IMG/VR virus record: IMGVR_UViG_3300045988_092126
DNA: 64,000 nt
From: a virus
Reading direction: 5' to 3' (one strand)
Part shown: piece after piece, positions 43,070 to 52,124 of the stretch
Layout of the letters: each line of letters begins with the position of its first letter
How positions within the stretch are numbered: position 1 is the stretch's first letter
Notes under the pieces: generated by a model
Told to the model about the DNA's origin: nothing
Seen by the model: only the letters and a program-made list of their open reading frames with translations
The model's database searches: none
Program-made: the position numbers and the translations under genes

Positions 43070-43160
43070 ACTATTTCCCTCCCTTGTAAAAGTTTTACAA
43101 TATTATACCACCTCATACAAAGTGTGCATAGTAAAATATCAAAAAAGTAGATTATTTTTG

Positions 43161-43218
43161 CAGAAAAACTCCATGATTTTGCACTTACCAGAAAAACTAC
43201 ACAAATTCGTGCTATAAT
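43161..43218 (+). promoter_or_regulatory. Activator-type promoter: two 10 bp direct repeats upstream of TATAAT, no -35
   Basis: CAGAAAAACT at 43161-70 and 43189-98 (28 bp period, both followed by nCA). TATAAT at 43213-18. Confidence 0.5.
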
Positions 43219-43250
43219 GTGTGATATATTTTTAGAAAGAGTTGGTAATA

Positions 43251-43577
43251 ATGGAGAAGAATAACAAATATAGGATAGTCGTACTCATCCTGATATTATG
43301 CGAAATATTCTGTGCGGTGCATATACCGTCACATGATATGGCAGAGTACCACCGCAGAGATGCGCAGATCACAAAAGAAGATGCGAAACAAATTTGGCCC
43401 GTCCAGATGCAGGAGCTGAGCGAAATCAAGGAAGTTTGCAATGTCGCATGTTATATTCGCGAAAGCACAAGTTTCTTCGAGATTGCGAAGTTTTCCTACG
43501 AAATAGCAAAAGTCCATGTGTATATTTGGCAGTTGCCACGGGGAAATATCGGTGGTATAATGATTAAAACGAACTGA
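43251..43577 (+). CDS. Membrane-anchored hypothetical protein
   Basis: MEKNNKYRIVVLILILCEIFCAV... Confidence 0.55.
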   Translation: MEKNNKYRIVVLILILCEIFCAVHIPSHDMAEYHRRDAQITKEDAKQIWPVQMQELSEIKEVCNVACYIRESTSFFEIAKFSYEIAKVHVYIWQLPRGNIGGIMIKTN

Positions 43578-43647
43578 TGTTCGGTTCTATTTCCCACAAG
43601 CCGGACATATACTGTTATCAGGAGACCACTGATCGGAGGTATGCTTT

Positions 43648-43758
43648 ATGGATTATAAGAAGGAAATTATTGAGATGATACAGAAGATAGATAGCGAAAA
43701 ATTTATGAAATTCTTATACAATATGATTATTTCGTTCAAGAGCCAATGGGGATATTAG
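43648..43758 (+). CDS. Small helical protein (36 aa)
   Basis: GGAGG RBS. MDYKKEIIEMIQKIDSEKFMKFLYNMIISFKSQWGY. Confidence 0.45.
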   Translation: MDYKKEIIEMIQKIDSEKFMKFLYNMIISFKSQWGY

Positions 43759-43789
43759 AAAAAGCAGGGAATTAATCCCTGCCTTTTTT
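43758..43789. terminator. Bidirectional terminator
   Basis: AAAAAGCAGGGA-attaa-TCCCTGCCTTTTTT. Confidence 0.7.
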
Positions 43790-44125
43790 GTGAAGAAATT
43801 CAATCATGTCGAAAACGCTTTTCTTATCAGATTCGCTTAATTCAATTAGCAACTTAACATGTTCAACGACATTTGAATTTGACATCAATTTTGGAATAAA
43901 ATCTGTGTCTGTTTCTAAATTTTCCTCCCATCCCATTAAACAAGCGGGTGTCGTACTAAGTGCTTTTGCTAATACATTCATATATTCGGCAGGAACTTTA
44001 TCAATATCGCCTTTTTCATATCTGAATATAGTAGACCTTGACACTCCCAATTTTTCTGCCAACTCATCAGCGCTCATATTAAGTTGTTTTCTTCTTTCTT
44101 TTATTCGTTCGCCAGTTTCCGACAT
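43772..44125 (-). CDS. XRE-family (cI-like) repressor
   Basis: IKERRKQLNMSADELAEKLGVSRSTIFRYEKG. The gene is divergent from a cro-like gene. Confidence 0.8.
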   Translation of the reverse strand: MSETGERIKERRKQLNMSADELAEKLGVSRSTIFRYEKGDIDKVPAEYMNVLAKALSTTPACLMGWEENLETDTDFIPKLMSNSNVVEHVKLLIELSESDKKSVFDMIEFLHKKGRD

Positions 44126-44284
44126 TTTTCACACCTCCTTTCTGAATACATAATAACACTAATGATGCAAAAATGCAACAAAAATAATTGCAAAAATGCG
44201 ATTTTATATGTTGACACATGCGACACTTTGGTGTAATATATAATCACAAAGTTGCATTAATGCTACTGGAAAGGAGGAACGCGA
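44126..44284. promoter_or_regulatory. Immunity switch: divergent promoters and TGCA-N4-TGC operators
   Basis: TGCAAAAATGCA, TGCAAAAATGCG and TGCATTAATGC. TTGACA(44211-16), 17 nt spacer, TAATAT(44234-39). Confidence 0.65.
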
Positions 44285-44497
44285 ATGGTTGTTAATATAG
44301 CTAGACTTAAAGGAAAAATCGTTGAACGTGGAAACACTCAGGAAGCTGTTGCAAATGCAATTGGAATGGACAGAAGCACATTCTACAGAAAACTAAAAGA
44401 TGGCGGAGAGAAATTTACAATCGGAGAAATCCACGGAATCGTAAATGCAGTTCCTTTAAGCAAGGAGGAAGCTATAGATATTTTTTTTACATCATAG
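44285..44497 (+). CDS. Cro-like HTH protein
   Basis: 70 aa with TQEAVANAIGMDRSTFYRKL. Confidence 0.7.
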   Translation: MVVNIARLKGKIVERGNTQEAVANAIGMDRSTFYRKLKDGGEKFTIGEIHGIVNAVPLSKEEAIDIFFTS

Positions 44498-44539
44498 TCG
44501 CAATAATGCGACTTAAATATATTACACGAAAGGAGATAA

Positions 44540-45256
44540 ATGAACAGCTTACAAATTTTTAACTCAGAAGAGTTCGGAGAAATCCGAACAATAGAAATTG
44601 ACGGGAAACCGTATTTTGTTGGAACAGATGTTGCGAAAGCACTTGGATACAGCAATCCGAGAAAAGCCATTCTTGACCATTGCAAGGGAGTAACGAAACG
44701 TGACACCCCTACATCTAGTGGCGTTCAGTCAATGTCATACATAAATGAGGGAGATTTGTACCGCCTGATTATGAAATCAAAACTTCCGTCAGCGGAGAAA
44801 TTCGAGTCATGGGTTATGGACGAAGTTCTCCCGGCAATCCGCAAGACGGGTTCATACCAGAAACCGATGACCTTGGAAGAACAACTTCAAATCGTCGCAA
44901 AAGGAACGCTCGAAGTAAAGGAAGAAATCCGAAAGGTCAACGAAGATTTACAGGAATTCAAAAAAGATATGCCACTTCTGGCACTGGAATGTCAGAAAAT
45001 CACAAAGGCGAAGAATCAGAAAGTTGTCCCGCTACTGGGCGGCAAGGATTCTCCGGCATACAAGGATAATTCCATCCGTCAGCAGGTTTACAGCGACATT
45101 GATGCGCAGCTTCGAAGAGAATTTGGCGTGAACACTTACAAGGCAATCAAGAGAAACCAGTGCGATCTGGCGGTGAAAATCATCAATGAATATGAATTGC
45201 CAATGTATCTGAAAGACCAGATTGACAGTTCTAATGCGCAGGAAAGTTTCTTATAA
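44540..45256 (+). CDS. Bro-N domain antirepressor
   Basis: LQIFNSEEFGEIRTIEIDGKPYFVGTDVAKALGYSNPRKAI...GDLYRLIMKSKLPSAEKFESWVMDEVLPAIRKTG. Confidence 0.8.
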   Translation: MNSLQIFNSEEFGEIRTIEIDGKPYFVGTDVAKALGYSNPRKAILDHCKGVTKRDTPTSSGVQSMSYINEGDLYRLIMKSKLPSAEKFESWVMDEVLPAIRKTGSYQKPMTLEEQLQIVAKGTLEVKEEIRKVNEDLQEFKKDMPLLALECQKITKAKNQKVVPLLGGKDSPAYKDNSIRQQVYSDIDAQLRREFGVNTYKAIKRNQCDLAVKIINEYELPMYLKDQIDSSNAQESFL

Positions 45257-45273
45257 GAAAGAGAGGTGAAAAA

Positions 45274-45522
45274 GTGACAGAATTAAAAGTTGTCAGAAAT
45301 CTCGAATCAGGAAAACTGATGCGTGGAGATAATGAACTCGGAAACGCAAAGTATTTCTTGCGGAAAGAAAACGGCGAAGAAGTGTATTTGGAAGATATAA
45401 TCGCAAGCCTGGCATTCAGCCTTGGAGAACAGGTGGAAGAAAATATTAAAAAGGGCATAGATGAACCATATCTTGCCTATGCCCTTGATGTTTTGTCTAA
45501 TGCACGCAGATTAGGCATTTGA
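45274..45522 (+). CDS. Hypothetical protein (GTG start)
   Basis: 82 aa with a GAGAGGTGA RBS. Confidence 0.55.
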   Translation: MTELKVVRNLESGKLMRGDNELGNAKYFLRKENGEEVYLEDIIASLAFSLGEQVEENIKKGIDEPYLAYALDVLSNARRLGI

Positions 45523-45539
45523 AACACTGGATGAACATT

Positions 45540-45716
45540 TTATTTCTTTCCCAAATTTAAGAAAAAGTGTTCATCGTGTGTTTCCAGAAGTTCAGAGAAC
45601 TCTTTGCGAATTTGAAAATACTTTTGGCAAATATGACCATCGTCAAAATAAGCATGTTCCAATTCGCGACTTAACTTCAAAATAGCTAAATCATGAGCAA
45701 TTTGTAACTTGTCCAT
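45540..45716 (-). CDS. Lone minus-strand small protein (58 aa)
   Basis: AAAGGAGGTG RBS 5 nt upstream of the ATG on the minus strand. MDKLQIAHDLAILKLSRELEHAYFDDGH... Confidence 0.55.
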   Translation of the reverse strand: MDKLQIAHDLAILKLSRELEHAYFDDGHICQKYFQIRKEFSELLETHDEHFFLNLGKK

Positions 45717-45948
45717 AAAAACACCTCCTTTCATAAGGAGAGTATATCACATAAAAAATCGGAGGGACATAAAAACGGTAAAAGCATTAATCCTGTCAGC
45801 TTTGATCGGCGGTATGTCACCGTACCTGCCGTTCTGGAGATTTGACAGAGCATCACAGCCGGTTGCAGTAGCAATCATAATGTTTATCTTATCATTCGTG
45901 GTTATTTACCCGGATGAAGCAAAGAAAATAGGAGGAAAAGAAAGATGA
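45709..45948 (+). CDS. Small membrane protein, start uncertain
   Basis: The track ORF overlaps the minus-strand gene start. The TM segment is VAVAIIMFILSFVVIY. Confidence 0.3.
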   Translation: MSIKTPPFIRRVYHIKNRRDIKTVKALILSALIGGMSPYLPFWRFDRASQPVAVAIIMFILSFVVIYPDEAKKIGGKER

Positions 45949-46217
45949 TTAATACAAGATTAGGAGAACTTACACTCAAAGGCAGTAAAAAAGAATTAAT
46001 AGCTGACTTAGCTGTTATCGTTCGGGGAATCAAAGAATCTATTATGGAAGGCGAAAAAGAAACAGAGGAATCTGCAAAACAGGAGATTGACGAAGCAGTC
46101 AAAATCGGGTTAATGAATGAAGAAGAATTTCGAACTTTTCAAAAAGAAAAAATCAAAGAAGCTGCATCAGCGTTTATTGATGGTTTGCTTGGAGGGATTT
46201 TCAATGAAGATAAATGA
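45945..46217 (+). CDS. Hypothetical protein
   Basis: 90 aa with an AGGAGG RBS. Confidence 0.6.
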   Translation: MINTRLGELTLKGSKKELIADLAVIVRGIKESIMEGEKETEESAKQEIDEAVKIGLMNEEEFRTFQKEKIKEAASAFIDGLLGGIFNEDK

Positions 46218-46500
46218 TTTTGATAAGACTGTAGATGAACTGTACCAGTTATGCAGACGGGTTCAGAAAGAAACCGGTAGAACGGTAGCATTTCATTTCG
46301 CAAACTACAAGATCGGATGCAGCCTGCACATCAATATATATAAGAAAGAATCATTAAGAGAGTTTGATATGTATAGCATTACAGAGGGCGGTTATCAGCA
46401 GGAAGAAAATGTGAAGAAAGCAACTGACCATTTAAACAAAATTTTGATGGACAACAAATGTCCGTATTGTGAGGAGGATTGTGATGGAGAAAGAAAATAA
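46204..46500 (+). CDS. Hypothetical protein with a C-terminal CxxC..C
   Basis: Internal ATG (MKINDFDKTV...). Confidence 0.55.
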   Translation: MKINDFDKTVDELYQLCRRVQKETGRTVAFHFANYKIGCSLHINIYKKESLREFDMYSITEGGYQQEENVKKATDHLNKILMDNKCPYCEEDCDGERK

Positions 46501-46648
46501 GATGGATTTCAGAGCAGAGACCGTAGCCGAGGAATACGCCGAATTAGTTGGCAGACTAAAGGCATTCAAAGCATACCTCGATTCTAGCGAGAGCGTAATC
46601 ATTGACAAGAAAATTTGTATCGCTATGTTAGGTCTCGACTCAGATTAA
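46484..46648 (+). CDS. Small protein (54 aa)
   Basis: Read by eye, with a GAGGAGG RBS. MEKENKMDFRAETVAEEYAELVGRLKAFKAYL... Confidence 0.45.
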   Translation: MEKENKMDFRAETVAEEYAELVGRLKAFKAYLDSSESVIIDKKICIAMLGLDSD

Positions 46649-46653
46649 AAGTT

Positions 46654-46749
46654 GGCTCCATGGGTACCGGAAATACCACACGGAGCCGCGTATCTAACTT
46701 AATTGGCTAAGTTAAATACAGGACAAGTATAACACACCTTCCTGTATTT
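46654..46749 (+). other. Three consecutive stem-loops, two of them mutually exclusive
   Basis: GGCTCC.../GGAGCC (46654-87). GTATcTAACTTA-attggc-TAAGTTAaATAC (46690-719). AAATACAGGA/TCCTGTATTT (46714-49) shares AAATAC with the second stem. Confidence 0.4.
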
Positions 46750-46779
46750 ATCAAATAAATAATTAGGAGGGCATTTTTT

Positions 46780-46965
46780 ATGTCAAAAACACACATCCAG
46801 AACGCAGAAACATCAACACTTGCAAGCGAGATCATTTCCGACCTTGAGAAAGAAAGAAAGAAACTTAAAGTCGAAAACAAGAATCTCAGAGAAACAGTAG
46901 TAACACTCGGCTTAATGCTGACAAAAATTTTGAAAGAGGGCGATTCGGAAAATGAAAATGCGTAG
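46780..46965 (+). CDS. Small coiled-coil protein
   Basis: 61 aa with an AGGAGGG RBS. Confidence 0.55.
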   Translation: MSKTHIQNAETSTLASEIISDLEKERKKLKVENKNLRETVVTLGLMLTKILKEGDSENENA

Positions 46966-47572
46966 CGAAAACCAGGTTCTTTTGTCCGGAGATATTCCGC
47001 AGGGATTTATCCAGACACATGAAAACCATAATGGCAGGAAGATGTATACCGGAGAAATGCACATTTTCCGAGACAACTGTATTTACGACGTTATTCCTGT
47101 AATTACCACAGAAGAAATGGTGAAAAGAGGAACTGATTTTACCGTTTCCGTGTATGGAGAAATGAGAAGCCGGAAGGACCATAAACTTACAGTAGATTAT
47201 GTCACGGCGTTGGGAATAGATTATCTTGACAGACCGGAAGAAAAGGATGCAAACGAAGTATACCTGATCGGAGATGTGATTAATATTATCCCGCTGAAAG
47301 TAGTAAAAGAAGAGGGAGAAGAAAAAGTAAACTGGATTCTCGCCAGAGTTCTGTTAAGCGTTAAGAGAGCTAAGAGACGTAACGGGCACCAGAAATCAGA
47401 CTGTATTTCATGCCTTGTCTGGGACGAGAACGCTGAGACCGTTAGAAACCTTGAAAAAGGACAGAAGCTAAAGGTATTCGGAAGATTCCAGAGCCGAGAA
47501 AGATGGTGTTCAGAGAAACAGGAGAGAATCACGGAACTGGATGTATCGGTAAAGAGATTGGAGATTTTGTAA
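46952..47572 (+). CDS. Putative OB-fold ssDNA-binding protein
   Basis: NQVLLSGDI...F.DNCIYDVIPVITTEEM...VSVYGEMRS resembles an SSB-like strand pattern. Its context upstream of the recombination genes fits. Confidence 0.4.
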   Translation: MKMRSENQVLLSGDIPQGFIQTHENHNGRKMYTGEMHIFRDNCIYDVIPVITTEEMVKRGTDFTVSVYGEMRSRKDHKLTVDYVTALGIDYLDRPEEKDANEVYLIGDVINIIPLKVVKEEGEEKVNWILARVLLSVKRAKRRNGHQKSDCISCLVWDENAETVRNLEKGQKLKVFGRFQSRERWCSEKQERITELDVSVKRLEIL

Positions 47573-47573
47573 T

Positions 47574-49601
47574 ATGAAAAAAATCGAAGTAAGAGAGATT
47601 AGATTGACCGACTTTAAAGGTCAGTCGGAAAAGAAAATAGAGTTTGGACACAGAACAGTCGTTTCCGGGAAGAACGGATGCGGGAAAACCACACTGGCAG
47701 ATGCGTTTATGTGGGTATTCTGCGACAAGGATTACAGTTTAAAGAGCAACCCGGATATCAGACCTGATGATGGTAGAGAATGTCTACCAAGAGTCGATAT
47801 TGACCTTGTAATTGATGGAAAGTCAGTAAGCGTAGCGAAATTCCAGAAGCGCACAGAAAGTAAAACAAAGGACGGGAAGCCGGGCAAGGTTGCATTATCC
47901 AACAAATACGAAATCAACGGTGTTCCGAAAGCTGAAAGAGATTTTAAAGTTGATTTAAAAGAGCGAGGATTTGACTTTGATAATTTTCTTATGCTGTCGC
48001 ATATGGAAATCTTCACAGACTTAAAAGATGCAGATGCCAGAAAAATTCTGTTTTCCATGTCAGACGGTGCCGGAAAATCAGATTTAGAGATTGCCAAGAC
48101 AGTTTCAGATTGTGCCGAGTTGGTACCGCTTCTGGAAACCTACAAGGCAGACGAAATCAAAGCCATGAACAGCGCGACACTGAAAAAAGCAGAGGAACAG
48201 TTGAAAGCTATTCCAAACCAGATTATCGGCATGGAAAATTCAAAAGTTGATGCTGATGTTGCGGAACTGGAATTGCAGAAGAACGCCTTGCAGGAACAGA
48301 TTTCTGACCTTGAAAAGCAGATTGCACAGGCAGGAAACGAGCGAATCAGAAAGCTCAGAGCGGAACTTTCGGACTTAGGCGTTCGGAAATATTCTTTCGA
48401 GTCAAAAGCATATGAAGAAGTCTCAACGAGAAAAACTGCAATTCAAATTAAAATCAATGAGTTGCAGTCAGAAAGGAATCTGAAAACAGCCGAATTAAAC
48501 AGAAAGACTTCTGCTTTGGAGAGTTTGAGATCGCAGAAGAAAGAGTTGCTCGAAAAATTACAGAACGCTAGAACACAATATCCCAAAATCAAGGATGCAG
48601 AATGGGACAACACAGTTCTGGAAAATATTGAATCTGAGACATTCAAGGATGCAGAGACTATTTGCCCGACTTGCGGTCAGAATCTTCCATCAGAGCAGAT
48701 TGAGCAGTTAAAGAGCAGATTCGAGCAGAAGAAGCAGGAAAGAATCAATCAGCAGTTAAAAGCTAAGGAAGAATGGGAACAGGACAAGAAGCGTAAACTT
48801 GATGAAGTTATTCAGGCTGGTAATAAAGCGTCTGCCGGAATGAAAGAAGCGCATAAGCAGGAAGAAGCTCTCACATCTGAAATTTCTAAACTAACAGATG
48901 AATTAGAGCAGATCAAAACTTCGTTGGATGCAGAAAACAAGAATATGGAAGCTATACCAGAAAAGCCAGACTTCTCAGGGAATGCCGAATATCAGCAGAT
49001 TCTTACATCAATCAAAGAGAAAGAGCAGGAGATTAATTCTCTGGACGATGGCGAAGAAGCAAAGAAGCAGCTTTCAGAACAGTTATCCGGCAAGAAACAG
49101 GAATTGGCAGCAGTTAATCAGAGAATCGGAGAAGCCAACAACAACGTCCGAATTGACGAACAGATCGAGAAGCTTCAGGAAAGCCAGAAACAGTACGCGC
49201 AGAGCAAGGCTGACGCACAGATGATTCTGGACGAACTGAAATCCCTGAGCATGGCGAAGAATACAGCCATTGAAGATGCAGTAAACCAGTATTTTAACGG
49301 AGTTAAAGTGAAGCTGTTTGATACACAGAAGAACGGCGAAGTCGTAGATGCTTGCATCTGGTACGTACAGGACAAGTACGGTAACTGGAAGAAATTAATT
49401 GGAAACGCCAATACAGCCCTTATGATGAAAGGAAAAATTGCCATCATGGACGGCTTACAGAAATTTTACGGCGTGAGTTATCCGATATTCGTAGACTGCG
49501 CAACAGAACTGGACAACAGCAGTCTGGCAAGTATTAAGGCAGACGCGCAGTTGATATTCTTGAAAGTTGCCGAGGGGGATATGACAGTAACGGAAGTTTA
49601 A
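47574..49601 (+). CDS. SMC/SbcC/RecN-like AAA ATPase
   Basis: 675 aa. Walker A motif GKNGCGKTTL, a long central coiled coil containing CPTCGQ, and a C-terminal ABC-type end. Confidence 0.7.
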   Translation: MKKIEVREIRLTDFKGQSEKKIEFGHRTVVSGKNGCGKTTLADAFMWVFCDKDYSLKSNPDIRPDDGRECLPRVDIDLVIDGKSVSVAKFQKRTESKTKDGKPGKVALSNKYEINGVPKAERDFKVDLKERGFDFDNFLMLSHMEIFTDLKDADARKILFSMSDGAGKSDLEIAKTVSDCAELVPLLETYKADEIKAMNSATLKKAEEQLKAIPNQIIGMENSKVDADVAELELQKNALQEQISDLEKQIAQAGNERIRKLRAELSDLGVRKYSFESKAYEEVSTRKTAIQIKINELQSERNLKTAELNRKTSALESLRSQKKELLEKLQNARTQYPKIKDAEWDNTVLENIESETFKDAETICPTCGQNLPSEQIEQLKSRFEQKKQERINQQLKAKEEWEQDKKRKLDEVIQAGNKASAGMKEAHKQEEALTSEISKLTDELEQIKTSLDAENKNMEAIPEKPDFSGNAEYQQILTSIKEKEQEINSLDDGEEAKKQLSEQLSGKKQELAAVNQRIGEANNNVRIDEQIEKLQESQKQYAQSKADAQMILDELKSLSMAKNTAIEDAVNQYFNGVKVKLFDTQKNGEVVDACIWYVQDKYGNWKKLIGNANTALMMKGKIAIMDGLQKFYGVSYPIFVDCATELDNSSLASIKADAQLIFLKVAEGDMTVTEV

Positions 49602-49626
49602 TAATTAATAGAAAAGGAGAATTGTT

Positions 49627-50574
49627 ATGGCAAGCAAAACACAGTTAGCAACAGCAGGAGAACAACAGGCAGCAGTCGTAATCAATAATTCATTCATTGA
49701 TGGTCTGACTAAACAACTTGAAGAAAAATGCAAATATGGTCTTTCTTTTCCAAAAGACTATAATCTCAGCAATGCACTTATGGGAGCATATCTGGTTTTG
49801 AAAGAAACAAAAGATAGAAACAATAAACCAGTTTTGGAATCTTGCACATCTACTAGCATAGCAAACAGTCTTATGAATATGGCAACCCTTGGTTTGTCAG
49901 TTCAGAAAAAACAGGGTTATTTTATCGCTTACGGCGGTCAATGCCAGTTCCAGAGGTCGTATTTCGGAAATATCACAATCGCCAGAAGGTATGGAATGAA
50001 AGATATCCATGCCGAGATCATCTATGATGGTGACAAGTTCAAGTACCACATTGAAGATGGGGATAAAGTTCTTGATATTCACGAGCAGGACTTTATGAAT
50101 ATCGACAATGATAAAATTCTTGGGGCTTATGCAGTCGTTCAGATGGAAGACGGAACGAAGCATCTGGAAGTAATGAATATCAAGCAGATTAAGCAGGCTT
50201 GGAAACAGGGATTCGGATTCAAAGAAGACGGAAATGGAACACATCAGAAATTTACTGACCAGATGGCAAAGAAAACCGTTATCAATCGCGCATTGAAACA
50301 GATCATTAATAGCCACGGAGATATTTTTACGCAGGAAGCCGAAGAATTTACAGAAGAAATCCAAAAACAGGACATCATCGAACATGAAGTTGCTTATGAA
50401 GTCGAGCAGAACGCCAATGCAGAAGAATTTATCCCAGACGAGCCAGTAGCAATCGAAGAACAGCCTAAACAGCCAACGGTCGCAGAAGTCGTAAAGACTT
50501 CCGAGAAAGAACCGGTTCCGGCAGCAGGACAGGAATCAAGTATTCCAGATTTTATGAAGCAGGAGGAAATGTAG
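49627..50574 (+). CDS. recT: RecT-family single-strand annealing protein
   Basis: ...GLSVQKKQGYFIAYGGQCQFQRSYFGNITIARRYG...GAYAVVQMEDG...IKQAWKQ. Confidence 0.75.
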   Translation: MASKTQLATAGEQQAAVVINNSFIDGLTKQLEEKCKYGLSFPKDYNLSNALMGAYLVLKETKDRNNKPVLESCTSTSIANSLMNMATLGLSVQKKQGYFIAYGGQCQFQRSYFGNITIARRYGMKDIHAEIIYDGDKFKYHIEDGDKVLDIHEQDFMNIDNDKILGAYAVVQMEDGTKHLEVMNIKQIKQAWKQGFGFKEDGNGTHQKFTDQMAKKTVINRALKQIINSHGDIFTQEAEEFTEEIQKQDIIEHEVAYEVEQNANAEEFIPDEPVAIEEQPKQPTVAEVVKTSEKEPVPAAGQESSIPDFMKQEEM

Positions 50575-50592
50575 AAGGGAAGCTACATTAAT

Positions 50593-50991
50593 ATGGTAGG
50601 AACATTAGCAGAAGCGTTCAAAAATATGGAGAATGGTCTTTATGACTACACAGAGAATGGAAGATGTGTAGGGTGCGGTGCTTGCTGTTCTATCCTACTC
50701 CCGGTTTCTGGTAAAGAGATAAAAGAAATCAGACGGTACATCAAAAAGAATCATATACAGGAACAGCAACACAATTATCCAGTCAAGAATCTTGGGCTTG
50801 ACCTGACCTGTCCGTTTTTGAATGACTCAAAAAGGAATAATAAATGTGAGATTTATCCGGTCAGACCGGAGATATGCAGAAACTTCATGTGTAATGACCC
50901 ACACGGGGCGAGACAGAATAAGAAGTTATTGCATAAGAAATACGAACCGGTTGACATGAGAGAATTATTCTTCGGAGATGATCGAACATGA
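50593..50991 (+). CDS. YkgJ-type cysteine-cluster protein
   Basis: CVGCGACCS...CPFL...CEIYPVRPEICRNFMC. Confidence 0.6.
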   Translation: MVGTLAEAFKNMENGLYDYTENGRCVGCGACCSILLPVSGKEIKEIRRYIKKNHIQEQQHNYPVKNLGLDLTCPFLNDSKRNNKCEIYPVRPEICRNFMCNDPHGARQNKKLLHKKYEPVDMRELFFGDDRT

Positions 50992-51170
50992 TGTACTTTG
51001 ACTGCATCAATTTTGATCGGTGCGATTCTGGAAAGTTCGGAAAATATATGGCTTGTATCGGGCGGTGTGAAAACTGCCCGTACTATGAGCCAGTAAAAGA
51101 CTATTTCAAGAAACGGGGTGAGAACTATGAGGGTTATATCTCAGGATGGAACAGTCAATCTCCCATATGA
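50988..51170 (+). CDS. Cys-rich mini-protein
   Basis: 60 aa. Confidence 0.45.
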   Translation: MMYFDCINFDRCDSGKFGKYMACIGRCENCPYYEPVKDYFKKRGENYEGYISGWNSQSPI

Positions 51171-51483
51171 AATGACAACATTGATTGTTTTGGAAAATTA
51201 CATACTGGCGGAATTTGCGGGTGGAACGAAGAAAATCCCGTATTTGATGGCAAGTTATTCTACAAAAAAGAATTGCGAAAAAGCTTTGAACATGCTTAAT
51301 AACGCATACACAGGAGCATTCTATGGGCTGAATATAGATATTTCAAGTGAAAGTGTAGAAGAATTAGAAAAAATCGCTGCAACAAAAGGATTTGGAATTA
51401 TCAAAGTTTATCAAGGTAATCAAGAAGTAAAGTTTGAACCTGCAAATATTATATTTAGATTTCCAGAGGATTACGAGGTATAG
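51127..51483 (+). CDS. Hypothetical protein (MRVISQDG family; paralogue of 56588..56875)
   Basis: MRVISQDGTVNLPYEMTT...YSTKKNCEKALNMLNNAY, compared with MLIRSQDKSRLINF...YSTREKALKVLDMIQEAY. Confidence 0.55.
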   Translation: MRVISQDGTVNLPYEMTTLIVLENYILAEFAGGTKKIPYLMASYSTKKNCEKALNMLNNAYTGAFYGLNIDISSESVEELEKIAATKGFGIIKVYQGNQEVKFEPANIIFRFPEDYEV

Positions 51484-51486
51484 AAA

Positions 51487-52107
51487 ATGAGCCATAGCAG
51501 TTTATATGGAATTGATAGGGATTACAAAGGAAAGGTTATTAAAGAGTTCAAAAATTTATGGCTGTTCGCACCTGCTATATGGGATGTTTTGACAGAAAAA
51601 TATATTCCACTACGCAAATTGATAAGCCATGGATTTAAGAGAAATATCATTTTTGATGCTTCTCTTTGGCACGAAATAAGCAATGAAATCAATAATTGCG
51701 ACAATACAGCAGACAGGATTTGCTGGGAAATTTCTGTCGGGCATGTTTTCTTCACAAAAGATAAGAGCTGTGTGGCAAATGCAATAAGAGACTTTATTAA
51801 GCAAAATAATAATTATTGCAGAGACATTGAGGATAATGTCGCGGTGTTGGAAAGGGAGCACATCATTGAAAGATTCGAAGAGATTGCTAGTGAAATAGAA
51901 CTGTTATCGGAAGATACACCGTATTTTGTAATGAAGAACACTTCTGTTGATGACAGCGTAGAAAGATGGTTTGAAAAATACGATGATAAGCAAGATGAAT
52001 ATATAGAAACTGGTCTTAATCAGGTTGATGAATTTGTTACAGAATTTGTAGTGATCGAAGATGGAAAAATCGTGAATTTCATAAATAATTTGGAATTTGA
52101 ATATTGA
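51487..52107 (+). CDS. Hypothetical protein
   Basis: 206 aa. Confidence 0.6.
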   Translation: MSHSSLYGIDRDYKGKVIKEFKNLWLFAPAIWDVLTEKYIPLRKLISHGFKRNIIFDASLWHEISNEINNCDNTADRICWEISVGHVFFTKDKSCVANAIRDFIKQNNNYCRDIEDNVAVLEREHIIERFEEIASEIELLSEDTPYFVMKNTSVDDSVERWFEKYDDKQDEYIETGLNQVDEFVTEFVVIEDGKIVNFINNLEFEY

Positions 52108-52124
52108 AAGTGAGGTGATGAAAA

